Positions 8,851 through 16,858 of a DNA stretch of 64,000 nt are shown here, piece by piece. The translations under genes were made by a program, and so were the position numbers. Under the pieces are notes generated by a model. That model searched no databases. It saw only the letters and a list, made by a program, of their open reading frames with translations, and was not told where the DNA came from. Numbering within the stretch: position 1 is the stretch's first letter; every line of letters starts with the position of its first letter. This stretch comes from a virus (lineage: Duplodnaviria; Caudoviricetes): the IMG/VR virus record IMGVR_UViG_2540341244_000005, positions 7,399-71,398 of that record; one strand, written 5' to 3'.

Positions 8851-8958
8851 ATTTCCCGCGCCCCCACAGGAGCTGGCGATCTGGTCGCTCTACCTCTCGT
8901 GCCGGGTGGTCTGGCGGTCTGGCCGCTCGGCCCCCGAACGCCGCGAAGGCGCGGAAAT
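8851..8958 (-). other. Structured intergenic RNA with twin CCAGA-loop hairpins
   Basis: 18-nt repeats GAGCGRCCAGAYCGCCAG at 8873-8890 and 8911-8928 with a compensatory pair change, enclosed by ATTTCCGCGCC/GGCGCGGGAAAT. Confidence 0.55.
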
Positions 8959-8967
8959 TTCTGGCGG

Positions 8968-9186
8968 CTAGGCCGCTTGCTTGCCCTTCATGTCCGCCGG
9001 CAGAGCCAGCAGCTTCGCCGGACAGCCGGCATCCAGCAGCGCTTGCAGCGCCCTGCGGTTGTTGCGCTTGCCGTGGATGGTGTCGGACACCAGCGAATGC
9101 GAAACCTTGGCTTTGCGCGCGATTTCAATCACTTTGATCTTCTTTTCGGCCATCCAGCCTTTGATTTTGTTGCCTGCGCGTTTCAT
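8968..9186 (-). CDS. Ner/Cro-like HTH regulator
   Basis: IKGWMAEKKIKVIEIARKAKVSHSLVSDTIHG; divergent from cI. Confidence 0.8.
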   Translation of the reverse strand: MKRAGNKIKGWMAEKKIKVIEIARKAKVSHSLVSDTIHGKRNNRRALQALLDAGCPAKLLALPADMKGKQAA

Positions 9187-9617
9187 AATTCTGCCTCGAT
9201 TTTCCGCTTTCGCTCACGGAGCGCCTTGATCTCCCGCTCGGTGTGGGCCAGCTCCAACAGCTTCGCGTCGTCGCCGTCGATGATTCGCCACCCTAGGCCG
9301 TGCGACCGAGCTAGGATGTCGAGAGGCTCGACTGCACCAAACACATGGCAAAAGAGGTTCAGTGCCCGAACGCTCGGCACGTAGTCCGCTTCCTTGGGGT
9401 TGAGCCACTTTTCAAAGGTGGCCAGCCCAAGCTCCTTGGCGTTGCCGGCCGCTAGCCGCACGCCGAACCGCTTGGCCGCTTCATTCAACCGGTCAACGGC
9501 CTCCGCCCGCGACAGCCCGGCCGCTTGGATGATCCGATCCATGGACACCGCTATGTCCGCGTCCGGATTAAGCTCGACCAGTTCGAGCAGGCTGAGGCGT
9601 CGCGAGTGGGCAGCCAA
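9183..9617 (-). CDS. Phage regulatory protein (CII-like)
   Basis: TFEKWLNP...LNLFCHVFG...PLDILA pattern; first gene of the early operon; TTG start uncertain. Confidence 0.55.
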   Translation of the reverse strand: MAAHSRRLSLLELVELNPDADIAVSMDRIIQAAGLSRAEAVDRLNEAAKRFGVRLAAGNAKELGLATFEKWLNPKEADYVPSVRALNLFCHVFGAVEPLDILARSHGLGWRIIDGDDAKLLELAHTEREIKALRERKRKIEAEL

Positions 9618-9724
9618 TTCCGATTGCTCCGATCCAAAGTTTTCGGGCCGCCGGACATTGAGGATTATTGCCGGCCCTGGTAGCTACGTTCGTAACGGTG
9701 ACATTCGTCACCCCGTGAGAAGAG

Positions 9725-9795
9725 GATTAGAGCTAAAAGCGTTGACAGTCAACGCTAAAAAGCGCTTCCGAGCATGTTCGCTCATGCTAAAAAGA
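9725..9795. promoter_or_regulatory. Divergent lysis/lysogeny promoter-operator region
   Basis: Perfect palindrome AGCGTTGAC-A-GTCAACGCT (9738-9756) with TTGACA/TTGACT on opposite strands; second palindrome AGCATG-N6-CATGCT (9771-9788); three GCTAAAA repeats. Confidence 0.65.
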
Positions 9796-9824
9796 CAAAA
9801 TTCTGTAACTATCTGTATTAAAAC

Positions 9825-10448
9825 ATGATTCAAGACACAGGCCAGCCCCAAGGCATTTCCCAGCAAATTTCCCAGCATAGCCCAGATGCTGAGAAACACT
9901 TCCGCGCGAAATTCAGCCGAGTGTTGACCGCGTGTGGTGCTCGGAGTGACTCAGAATTGGCCAGAATTTTGGACATTAAGCCGTCGTCAGTTGGTGCGGC
10001 AAAGCGCAGGATGCAGCTCCCCCCCGGGTGGGTAGAGCAAATAGCACAAAGTTTTGAGATAAATGCGGATTGGCTTTTCTTCGGCACCGGCCCGATGCGC
10101 CGGGGAGAAGCCACAAAAGAGGCCCCAGCGTCGGCTCCCGCGCCTGCGGAAGCGTTTTTGACCGCCCCGCAGGAAGAGTTCCGGATGTCGGATATGCTGA
10201 CCAAGACAGCCGAAGTGCTGGAGTCCGACACAATCTACCGGACAGCATTAGCCAGCAATATAAACGCATTCCATCAAGCAGTGAGAAGCGAGCGGACGCT
10301 CGCGCGCATCGAAGAGAGGATGGCTGAATGGGAGGCGAAGGCGGACGCAATGGTGAAGCGCATGGAAGAGTTAGAGAGAGAGAACAGAGAATTGAAACAG
10401 CGGCTGGAGCCAACCGGCAGGGACAAGGCGGTGGGTGCGGAGGGGTAA
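9825..10448 (+). CDS. CI-type repressor (HTH plus coiled coil, no S24 peptidase)
   Basis: SDSELARILDIKPSSV...INADWLFFGTGPM is Phage_CI_repr-like; divergent from the early operon. Confidence 0.85.
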   Translation: MIQDTGQPQGISQQISQHSPDAEKHFRAKFSRVLTACGARSDSELARILDIKPSSVGAAKRRMQLPPGWVEQIAQSFEINADWLFFGTGPMRRGEATKEAPASAPAPAEAFLTAPQEEFRMSDMLTKTAEVLESDTIYRTALASNINAFHQAVRSERTLARIEERMAEWEAKADAMVKRMEELERENRELKQRLEPTGRDKAVGAEG

Positions 10449-10551
10449 ACTGATTATTGTATCAAAATGGCTTGCGGGCTCTTTTTTTATGTCCAGTGTA
10501 TTAGACGATTTGATATTGTGTTCATGTTTCGAGTAGATGCTCGCCCGCGTA

Positions 10552-10725
10552 TCTCATTTTGCCTGATATTTTTGCCCCCATTCAGGCCGTTTTTCTCATC
10601 TTGCCCCCCAGGCCTCACGCGCGCTTGGCCAAGGCCCCAAAGCCACGCCAGTCCTACGTTTAGCCTACGTTCGTCCTATCCGATCCAGCACCCACGCCAT
10701 TTCTCATTTTGCCTGACTCCCCATA
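10552..10725. repeat. Transposable-phage end with putative transposase-binding repeats
   Basis: TCTCATTTTGCCTGA at 10552-10566 and 10702-10716, TCTCATCTTGCCCCC at 10594-10608; spaced pattern like Mu L1/L2/L3; just beyond cI. Confidence 0.7.
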
Positions 10726-10753
10726 ACTGATTTGCGCTTTCGTTGGCACTTGG

Positions 10754-11476
10754 TCACGCGGCCTCACGTTTGGGGTACGGCTGGATCGGAAGGCGTAGGC
10801 GTTTGCGCCAGGGCTGCTTCAGAAATAGCACGTAGCGGAACTGGCGGAACTGATGCCGGGTGGCCCGGTGAAGGTTCTCCCGGAGGTGCTGGGCGCGGCC
10901 GCCTTGGTGGCGATGCGCTGTCAGCATCAGGACGTGATACCAGTCATCATCCAGGTGCCAGAAGGTGGCAAGGTGGCTGCCGCAGAACTGAAAGTTGCTG
11001 GCCTGGTAGACCACCCCCAACCCACCGCAGCGTTCGTCGGCAAAGCTCTGGACCCAGGCCACGGTCGGGCAGGCGCGGCGGATGTATTTCACCGCATAGC
11101 TTATTGCCTGGCTTTCCGTATTGCGCGGGCAGGCGTCGTCAAGCCACATCCTGTTGAGCTCCAGATATTCGCCGACCTTGGTCCCTTCCACCACCCTGCC
11201 GGCCAAGTGCGGGTTCAGGGCGTAGCCGAATTGGAGCACACCCCGAAAGTGCCCCTGATGGTAAACGCCCAGGTGCACGTAGCTGTTATTGACCACTCGC
11301 TTGGAATAATGCTTGGCCACGATGGTTTCCCGTGCCCTGGCCGCCGGGATGGCGGCCAGGTAGAGGTCGTGCTTGCCGAACCCTTGCACCCCGGTTTCGC
11401 CTATCAGGTAGCCCGGTTGGTCACCGGTCGGCGGTTCATACGGACTCGGTTTCGGCGGATGATACGGTCTGGCCAT
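10754..11476 (-). CDS. mom: Mom-family DNA adenine modification protein
   Basis: HYSKRVVNN...GVLQFG...LELNRMWL...RNTES...SFADERCG..GVVYQASNF; downstream of and overlapping com. Confidence 0.9.
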   Translation of the reverse strand: MARPYHPPKPSPYEPPTGDQPGYLIGETGVQGFGKHDLYLAAIPAARARETIVAKHYSKRVVNNSYVHLGVYHQGHFRGVLQFGYALNPHLAGRVVEGTKVGEYLELNRMWLDDACPRNTESQAISYAVKYIRRACPTVAWVQSFADERCGGLGVVYQASNFQFCGSHLATFWHLDDDWYHVLMLTAHRHQGGRAQHLRENLHRATRHQFRQFRYVLFLKQPWRKRLRLPIQPYPKREAA

Positions 11477-11627
11477 GGGTGCGCTCCCTGGGGGAGGCTC
11501 CATGGCCTTCTGTGATGGGGCTCGCGGCCCTCACGTGGTTGATGGTATGGCAGCGGGGACATTTGATTTCGATGGTCCCGGTGCCTTTGGCCAGTAAACG
11601 TCCGCATTGTCCGCAACGTATCTCCAT
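11436..11627 (-). CDS. com: Com zinc-finger translational activator
   Basis: IRCGQCGRLLA...IEIKCPRCHTIN; upstream of mom. Confidence 0.9.
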   Translation of the reverse strand: MEIRCGQCGRLLAKGTGTIEIKCPRCHTINHVRAASPITEGHGASPRERTHGQTVSSAETESV

Positions 11628-11682
11628 GATTACCTTTACAGGTTAGGCCGGAAGCGATAGCCCTCTAACGCCCGCGCGGGCT

Positions 11683-11756
11683 GGAGCGCGGCTTCGGCCG
11701 TGGCGCGATGTTGACGCATCGCGTCGGTGGGGCGGTTGCCGCCGCCCTGCCGCTCC
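11683..11756 (+). ncRNA. Putative tRNA-sized cloverleaf RNA divergent from com (copy 1)
   Basis: GGAGCG/CGCTCC closing stem, CGGC-TTCG-GCCG, CGCGATG/CATCGCG, GGGCGG-TTGCCG-CCGCCC; covaries with 62943-63020. Confidence 0.65.
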
Positions 11757-11793
11757 TCTTTGTAATTCCTCGCTCTCCGTTCTCCTCTATCGA

Positions 11794-12564
11794 TCAAATA
11801 GCTGAGCCGGCTTCATTGGCGGGGGCCGGCGGCCAGGCCACCGCGTCCACGGCGGCCGTCACAGCGGTTGGCGTCCCGGCCGCCTCGACGGCTCGCTTAC
11901 CGGCCAGACGCGCCAGCTCCACCGCGTCGCCATACGTCCACCAAGCATCCGCCATGGCCACGATGGTGCGGGCCACTGCCTCCGGCGTGTCGGCCGTGAT
12001 GCCGACCTCGCCGTAGACGGCCGGAAAGGATGCCTCAAAGGCGGCCAGCGCCGCAGGCTCCAAAGGAACCTGCCCCGATGCAATCGCGGCCAAGTAGGCC
12101 CGGGCCTGGCCCTCCTTGCGCTGGTAGCGGGCCATTTGGGCCGATCCGGGCGTAATCACCTGATTGCATCGAAGTTCCGCCATGTAATCGATCCGGTCAC
12201 AGGCTTCGGCACGGAGCCGATCCAGGTCGACCGCCGGCACAGGCCGCCAATCCCCGAATGTCGGGCACCCGGCCGGCAGGGGCACAACCGTGACGCCGGT
12301 CAGGGTTGCGGCCATGATGCGAGACAGAATGGAGTCCTCGGCCCGAAGAATGGCGTACTCGCCATCGTAAGAGACCGGTTCGGCCGTCACGTTGCCTTCG
12401 GCGTCGATCACGGCCGGGGTCTGGATGACGCGGCCGACGTATTGCAGCGCATGGTCATGGCTGGCCGTGATGAGTTCTCCGCTCGAAGTGGCGAGGTCAA
12501 AAGGCAGAAGCGCGGCGACGAAGGTGTCAAGGGACGCGCATTTCAGGCAGATATCGTATTGCAT
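11794..12564 (-). CDS. Tail-fibre-associated protein with DUF4376-like C-terminal domain
   Basis: GEVGITADTPEAVA...AW..VE.ARL motif shared with 14810-15526 and 62435-62938. Confidence 0.65.
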   Translation of the reverse strand: MQYDICLKCASLDTFVAALLPFDLATSSGELITASHDHALQYVGRVIQTPAVIDAEGNVTAEPVSYDGEYAILRAEDSILSRIMAATLTGVTVVPLPAGCPTFGDWRPVPAVDLDRLRAEACDRIDYMAELRCNQVITPGSAQMARYQRKEGQARAYLAAIASGQVPLEPAALAAFEASFPAVYGEVGITADTPEAVARTIVAMADAWWTYGDAVELARLAGKRAVEAAGTPTAVTAAVDAVAWPPAPANEAGSAI

Positions 12565-12574
12565 TCCACACCTC

Positions 12575-14806
12575 CTACGCCGACATCGACAGCGCCAGTG
12601 CGTCGGCCAGCGCTCGGTTGAAGAGCACCTGGCTTTTTATTGTTCCGCACCACTGATTCGCGCCGGTCGAATCGCTCCCCAGGCGCAAGGTGGTCAGGCC
12701 GGCCGGCAAAGAACCGACGAGGCTACTTCTCGAAACTGATCCGTCCCGAGCCGCATAAAATGCCCCAGCCGCGAAGGTGAAGGCGACCTTGAACGTCGTG
12801 GAATCGCCTACCGTTTGAAGCGTCAAATCCACCTGATTGACGCCGCCGGAATCAACCACGCACCGAACCTCCCCGGTGGCGTTGCGGATGATCCGCACGC
12901 GATTATTGGGCGTTCCGTCGTCCAACTGGACCAGCACCTGCACCGCTGTCCCGGTGGGTGCTCCCAGCGCGGTGATCGCCTGCACGACCAAAGTCCCTTC
13001 ATTCCCGGTCCACAACGCCTCTCCGGCCGGTCCGGTCAGGCTCGCTAGGGGCACGGTGCAGATGTCTGCCGCCCGGGTCATGGCCGCGCCGGCCTGGATC
13101 GTCCAGTCGGAGGCGGTGGCGCTGCCACCGCCTGTCGCCGTGATGCTCACGACCAAAGTCATACCGATATGGCTGGTCACCGTACCGGTCATGTAGTTGG
13201 CCGGATTGCTGGTTTGCCAGGCGCGGACGGCCGCGCCAGCCGGGATGGCGCGACCGGGAACGGTGGAGTCATACCCGACCGTAAAAGTTTTTGCCCCATT
13301 TCCTAGAGTGTTACTGGTCGCGCTGGTCGTCTCCCAGCCTGTGGGGAGATAGGACGGAGGGAATGTTCCTGAGCAGCTTCCAAATGACTGTATGAATATG
13401 CCGGATACACCGTTCCCCGTATACGTCGGGTTTCCTGACGTGTCTGTGATCGATATTTGACACGTGGCAGAGGTGACTCCTGCGCCGAACAGACAACTCA
13501 CCCACAACAGAAACCGTCCGTCCCGTAATTCTACGACCCCGTAAAATGGGTTACTCGCGGCTCCACCAAACGTCGTGATAGAGTAGGCTTTTGTTGTGAA
13601 GTTGAAGTTAAGCAAATACCCGCTCGTTCCTCCATAAAGAGATATGGACATGCTTGTCCTCTCCCCGGCCGAAACGACAGCATATGCACATTGCTGCGTG
13701 TCAGCAATAATTGTGCGGTTTTGCAGAACAGCATGACTGTTAGAAGCCGTCGTGTCCTCGATTAGCTTGTCACCAGTGAGGCCGTCAGGGTATGTTATTG
13801 CATTAGGCACGACGGTGCATCGTGCTTTTGTGCATCTAGAGTTATCGAGTTGCTCCGAATACAGAAAGTCGTGAGTGGACGTTTTTTCGATGGACAGCCC
13901 TTTGCAGACCCCCGTCAGGGGGTCACACTCAAACACGGGCGCATTGGCGGCTGCGTACCGCAAATAGCCAGACCGCCCCCGATATGACGTGATGGATGCC
14001 CGTGAGAACACCACCCGGGGATGCAGCACCGACGTCAAGGCCGGAGCCCACGCGAAAATGGGGGCCGGCACGCCAGCCACGGAGCCGCCGGCAATTAGCG
14101 CGGCGATAGCCTCCAGGTAAGCCACCGACACGGCCACGTTTCCCGGTACGGACGCGGCAGAAGCCGCCGCCGCGATGGCTGACGTGGACGCCGCGCCGGC
14201 AGCGGCCAGGGCCTCATTGGCCTTGGCGGTGGCCGTCGTGGCCGCCGCCGTCGCGGTGCCGGCCGCCGTAGTGGCTTCGGCCGCACGGGTGGCGGCCATT
14301 GCCGCTTCGGCCCCAACGCTGGCGGCGGAAACAGCGGCAGCCGCCTGGCTGGCGGCCGCTTGGGAAGCCGCCTCGGCGGCCTCTTCGGCCGATCCGTCGG
14401 CTTCGGAGGCCGCGAACGTCGCTTCGGCTTGCAGCTGGGCAACTTCCTCGCGCGCGGCCAACACCTCTTCCACAGCTGCTTGCACGGCCATGGAAGTGGT
14501 CACGCGCGGCCCCAGGACGATGTCGCACGGTGTGTTGGGGATGGCGACAAAACGCACGACGCTGCCGCCCTGGGGCATGGTGGCGGTCAGATTGTAGACG
14601 CTGCCTTCACTGCCCAACTCACTCGGGAACAAATCCAAGACAACGACACCGTATCGGTCCGTTTGCCCTTGCGTCGAGGCCGGGACGTCCAGCCCGAGGT
14701 AGCGCTCCGGGACGGTCAGGGTGGCCCGCACCTGGGCTCCGATCCAGGGATTCCCCTGGGCGTCCTGACACAGGATGCGGACGGGTACGGTGGGGATGGC
14801 GCTCAT
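12575..14806 (-). CDS. Large fibre/spike-like protein (Ala-rich stalk, beta-rich receptor-binding region)
   Basis: Fibre-type N-terminus, Ala-rich coiled coil, FSRAS...AAANAP..E.DPLTG..KGLSIE motif, LamG-like C-terminus; lower-GC interior. Confidence 0.65.
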   Translation of the reverse strand: MSAIPTVPVRILCQDAQGNPWIGAQVRATLTVPERYLGLDVPASTQGQTDRYGVVVLDLFPSELGSEGSVYNLTATMPQGGSVVRFVAIPNTPCDIVLGPRVTTSMAVQAAVEEVLAAREEVAQLQAEATFAASEADGSAEEAAEAASQAAASQAAAAVSAASVGAEAAMAATRAAEATTAAGTATAAATTATAKANEALAAAGAASTSAIAAAASAASVPGNVAVSVAYLEAIAALIAGGSVAGVPAPIFAWAPALTSVLHPRVVFSRASITSYRGRSGYLRYAAANAPVFECDPLTGVCKGLSIEKTSTHDFLYSEQLDNSRCTKARCTVVPNAITYPDGLTGDKLIEDTTASNSHAVLQNRTIIADTQQCAYAVVSAGERTSMSISLYGGTSGYLLNFNFTTKAYSITTFGGAASNPFYGVVELRDGRFLLWVSCLFGAGVTSATCQISITDTSGNPTYTGNGVSGIFIQSFGSCSGTFPPSYLPTGWETTSATSNTLGNGAKTFTVGYDSTVPGRAIPAGAAVRAWQTSNPANYMTGTVTSHIGMTLVVSITATGGGSATASDWTIQAGAAMTRAADICTVPLASLTGPAGEALWTGNEGTLVVQAITALGAPTGTAVQVLVQLDDGTPNNRVRIIRNATGEVRCVVDSGGVNQVDLTLQTVGDSTTFKVAFTFAAGAFYAARDGSVSRSSLVGSLPAGLTTLRLGSDSTGANQWCGTIKSQVLFNRALADALALSMSA

Positions 14807-14809
14807 GGT

Positions 14810-15526
14810 CTACACCGCCTGGGGCCAGCCCAGGCCGCCAAGGATGCCCTGGACGGCTTCAGGGTTCGCGGCCGTGCGCACGGCCTTTTTGGCGGCCAGG
14901 CGCACGGCCTCGACGGCCGCGCCCATGACGTGCCAGGCTTGCGCCATGGCCAGGATGGTTTCGGCCACGGCTTGCGCCGTGTCGGCGGTGATGCCCACCT
15001 CGCCGGCAATGAGCGGGTAGGCGGCGGGATCGGGATTGGCGGCGGCCAGGTACTGCCGGGCTTGGGCTTCCTTGGCCAGATAGGTCATGGCCCGGCCGGG
15101 CGTCAGACTGATATAGGGCGCGAGGCGCGCATCGGCCTGGGCGTCGATGGCGGCGTCGGCGTCGGCCCGGATCGCGGCCATGTCCGGCAGCCAGGAGCCC
15201 GTGCCCACGTCCCAGGCGTAGCGCCTGCCCGGCGGCGGGGTCAGGGTCAGGCCCTCGGGCAGCGCTCCAAGCGTCTGGATGACCGAGGGATTGCCGTCGG
15301 CAATGGCATAGGCGACCTGGCCCCGGCGATCACACTCCACACGCCACGCCTGGCCGTCGAAAACCGCCACTTGCCCCTCGGCCACCAGCGGCGGCTGCAC
15401 GGTGGTGGCGTTGGCCGGCAGCAGATAGTTGGGGCTGCCGTCCGGGTTTTGCGGCCGGGCCGGAGACAACCGGGCCTGTTGCCGGCCGCAGTACACGCCT
15501 TGGGAATCGTAGCAATAGAGCTGCAT
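14810..15526 (-). CDS. Tail fibre assembly protein
   Basis: YLLPANATTVQPP...VAVFDGQAW...D.RG...LG.LPEG.T Tfa-like, plus DUF4376-like C-terminus. Confidence 0.8.
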   Translation of the reverse strand: MQLYCYDSQGVYCGRQQARLSPARPQNPDGSPNYLLPANATTVQPPLVAEGQVAVFDGQAWRVECDRRGQVAYAIADGNPSVIQTLGALPEGLTLTPPPGRRYAWDVGTGSWLPDMAAIRADADAAIDAQADARLAPYISLTPGRAMTYLAKEAQARQYLAAANPDPAAYPLIAGEVGITADTAQAVAETILAMAQAWHVMGAAVEAVRLAAKKAVRTAANPEAVQGILGGLGWPQAV

Positions 15527-15529
15527 AAG

Positions 15530-16234
15530 CTATCTCCACCGTATGATGTACATAACGGCCACGTTTTTCATGCGCGTTTCCGCCGACCTGGGAACATTGT
15601 CGAACGCCGTCGGTTGCAACGCATCGGCTGCGGCGATAAAATCCTTCGTATAATAGTTGTAGACGCCGTTGTTCCAGGTCTGGTTGTCCGGCACGCCAGT
15701 TTGCCCCCCGGCCGTGCCGACCACGCCGCCAACCGGGTGGTTGTGCTGCTTGATGGCGTCTTCCTGGCTGGAGCCCACATGGTCGCCGCCGGTGCGCTGG
15801 GCCGCGTCCGGGTCCTTGCCGCGTCCGTGGTCCCAGCCGCGCGGCACCACGCCGCGCAGGTCCGGCAGGCGGAAGTAGCCGGCCTGGGCCGCGCCCCAGG
15901 TGTTGCCCAACACGCCGTGGAGGGTCGGGTAATCGACGCCAAGCAGCGCCGAGCCGTCGCATTCCAGCCAGTCGCCGTTGTCCGGCAAATCCTCGCGCAT
16001 CCACAACCGGACCTCCCCCACCATGCCCGCGCCGGAGAGCAGGCCAATGGCCTGGCGCAGCTGGTCGTAGTCGCCCTTGACCGGCGCGATGCCGGCGGCT
16101 TCGATGGTGCGCGTCAAATTTTCCTGGACGTCGTTGAGCCAGGCGGCGGAAACCACGGTGGCCATCTGCGGGACCGTCGGGTCTCCCTCGGTGAACAGAC
16201 TGTTTACGGCTCCCGGGCCGTCGATGCGGTGCAT
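15530..16234 (-). CDS. Tail fibre protein (Mu gp49-like N-terminus plus collar domain)
   Basis: MHRID...ATVVSAAWLNDVQE...QLRQAI; collar WLECDG...LPDLRG..RGWD. Confidence 0.88.
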   Translation of the reverse strand: MHRIDGPGAVNSLFTEGDPTVPQMATVVSAAWLNDVQENLTRTIEAAGIAPVKGDYDQLRQAIGLLSGAGMVGEVRLWMREDLPDNGDWLECDGSALLGVDYPTLHGVLGNTWGAAQAGYFRLPDLRGVVPRGWDHGRGKDPDAAQRTGGDHVGSSQEDAIKQHNHPVGGVVGTAGGQTGVPDNQTWNNGVYNYYTKDFIAAADALQPTAFDNVPRSAETRMKNVAVMYIIRWR

Positions 16235-16237
16235 GGA

Positions 16238-16858
16238 TTATCCTCCGTAAGCAAAGTGGACCAAGGTATGGGCCGGGGCGGCGGCGCGGATGGCGCACTC
16301 CAGGAGCTGGTTGCTCCAGCTGGCCAGCGGCTCGCCGGCACCGCTCACCCCTGCCCGGAAAACGGTCGTCGGCCCGTCCGAGGCATGGACCACCCAGGCG
16401 TATTGCCAGGGCGCGCCCTGGGCCAGGGACCAGCCGGCGCGCCAGCCGGCCGAAAAGAGCGCTTCGTAATTGGTGATCCGCTCGCCCGCGCGGGAAAAGC
16501 CGGCCTTGAACTGGCCGAACTCCTCGATGGTGATGCTGTAGCCGAGCTGGGCGGCCAACCAGACGTAATAGCCCCGGTTGATGGCGGCGCGTTCGGCCAG
16601 GGCGATGGCGAGCAAGGCTAGGCGTTCCTGGAGGAGCAAGCCGGGCTGGCGACAATCGCCGGGCAGGCCGTACACGCGCTCGTAATCCTCCAACCACTCC
16701 AGGGCCGCCAGCGGGGTCAGGCCGCGCAAAGGGTCGAGGCTCACGGCCAAGGCCGTGTCCAGCGCCGCGCCGTCCACGGCCAGCTCCTCCACGATCCGGC
16801 CGGTAGGGGCGTAGCTGGACGGCAGCAAGGCTTGCAGCAAGGCCGCGTGGCCGGACAT
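16238..16858 (-). CDS. Mu gp48/YmfQ-like baseplate protein
   Basis: LLQALLP...ERVYGLP...LECAIRAAAPAHT.V.F.Y. Confidence 0.88.
   Translation of the reverse strand: MSGHAALLQALLPSSYAPTGRIVEELAVDGAALDTALAVSLDPLRGLTPLAALEWLEDYERVYGLPGDCRQPGLLLQERLALLAIALAERAAINRGYYVWLAAQLGYSITIEEFGQFKAGFSRAGERITNYEALFSAGWRAGWSLAQGAPWQYAWVVHASDGPTTVFRAGVSGAGEPLASWSNQLLECAIRAAAPAHTLVHFAYGG

Larger units (their letters stand above)
240..10725 (-). mobile_element. Early/replication region and terminus of a Mu-like transposable prophage
   Basis: cI divergent from Ner-like, MuA, MuB, DUF3164, HU and GemA genes; repeated end motifs at 10552-10716. Confidence 0.9.

Noticed and set aside
10467-10730. 87-aa ORF after cI
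   Set aside because: Overlaps the transposon-end repeats and shows no protein-like features
11683-11756. Canonical tRNA gene
   Set aside because: Cloverleaf-like but lacks a TTCRA T-loop, a 7-nt anticodon loop, a D-loop GG and CCA; reported as a putative ncRNA instead
11794-16234. Gin-type invertible G segment or diversity-generating retroelement
   Set aside because: No serine invertase, no gix-like inverted repeats, no reverse transcriptase and no adenine-specific TR/VR pair seen
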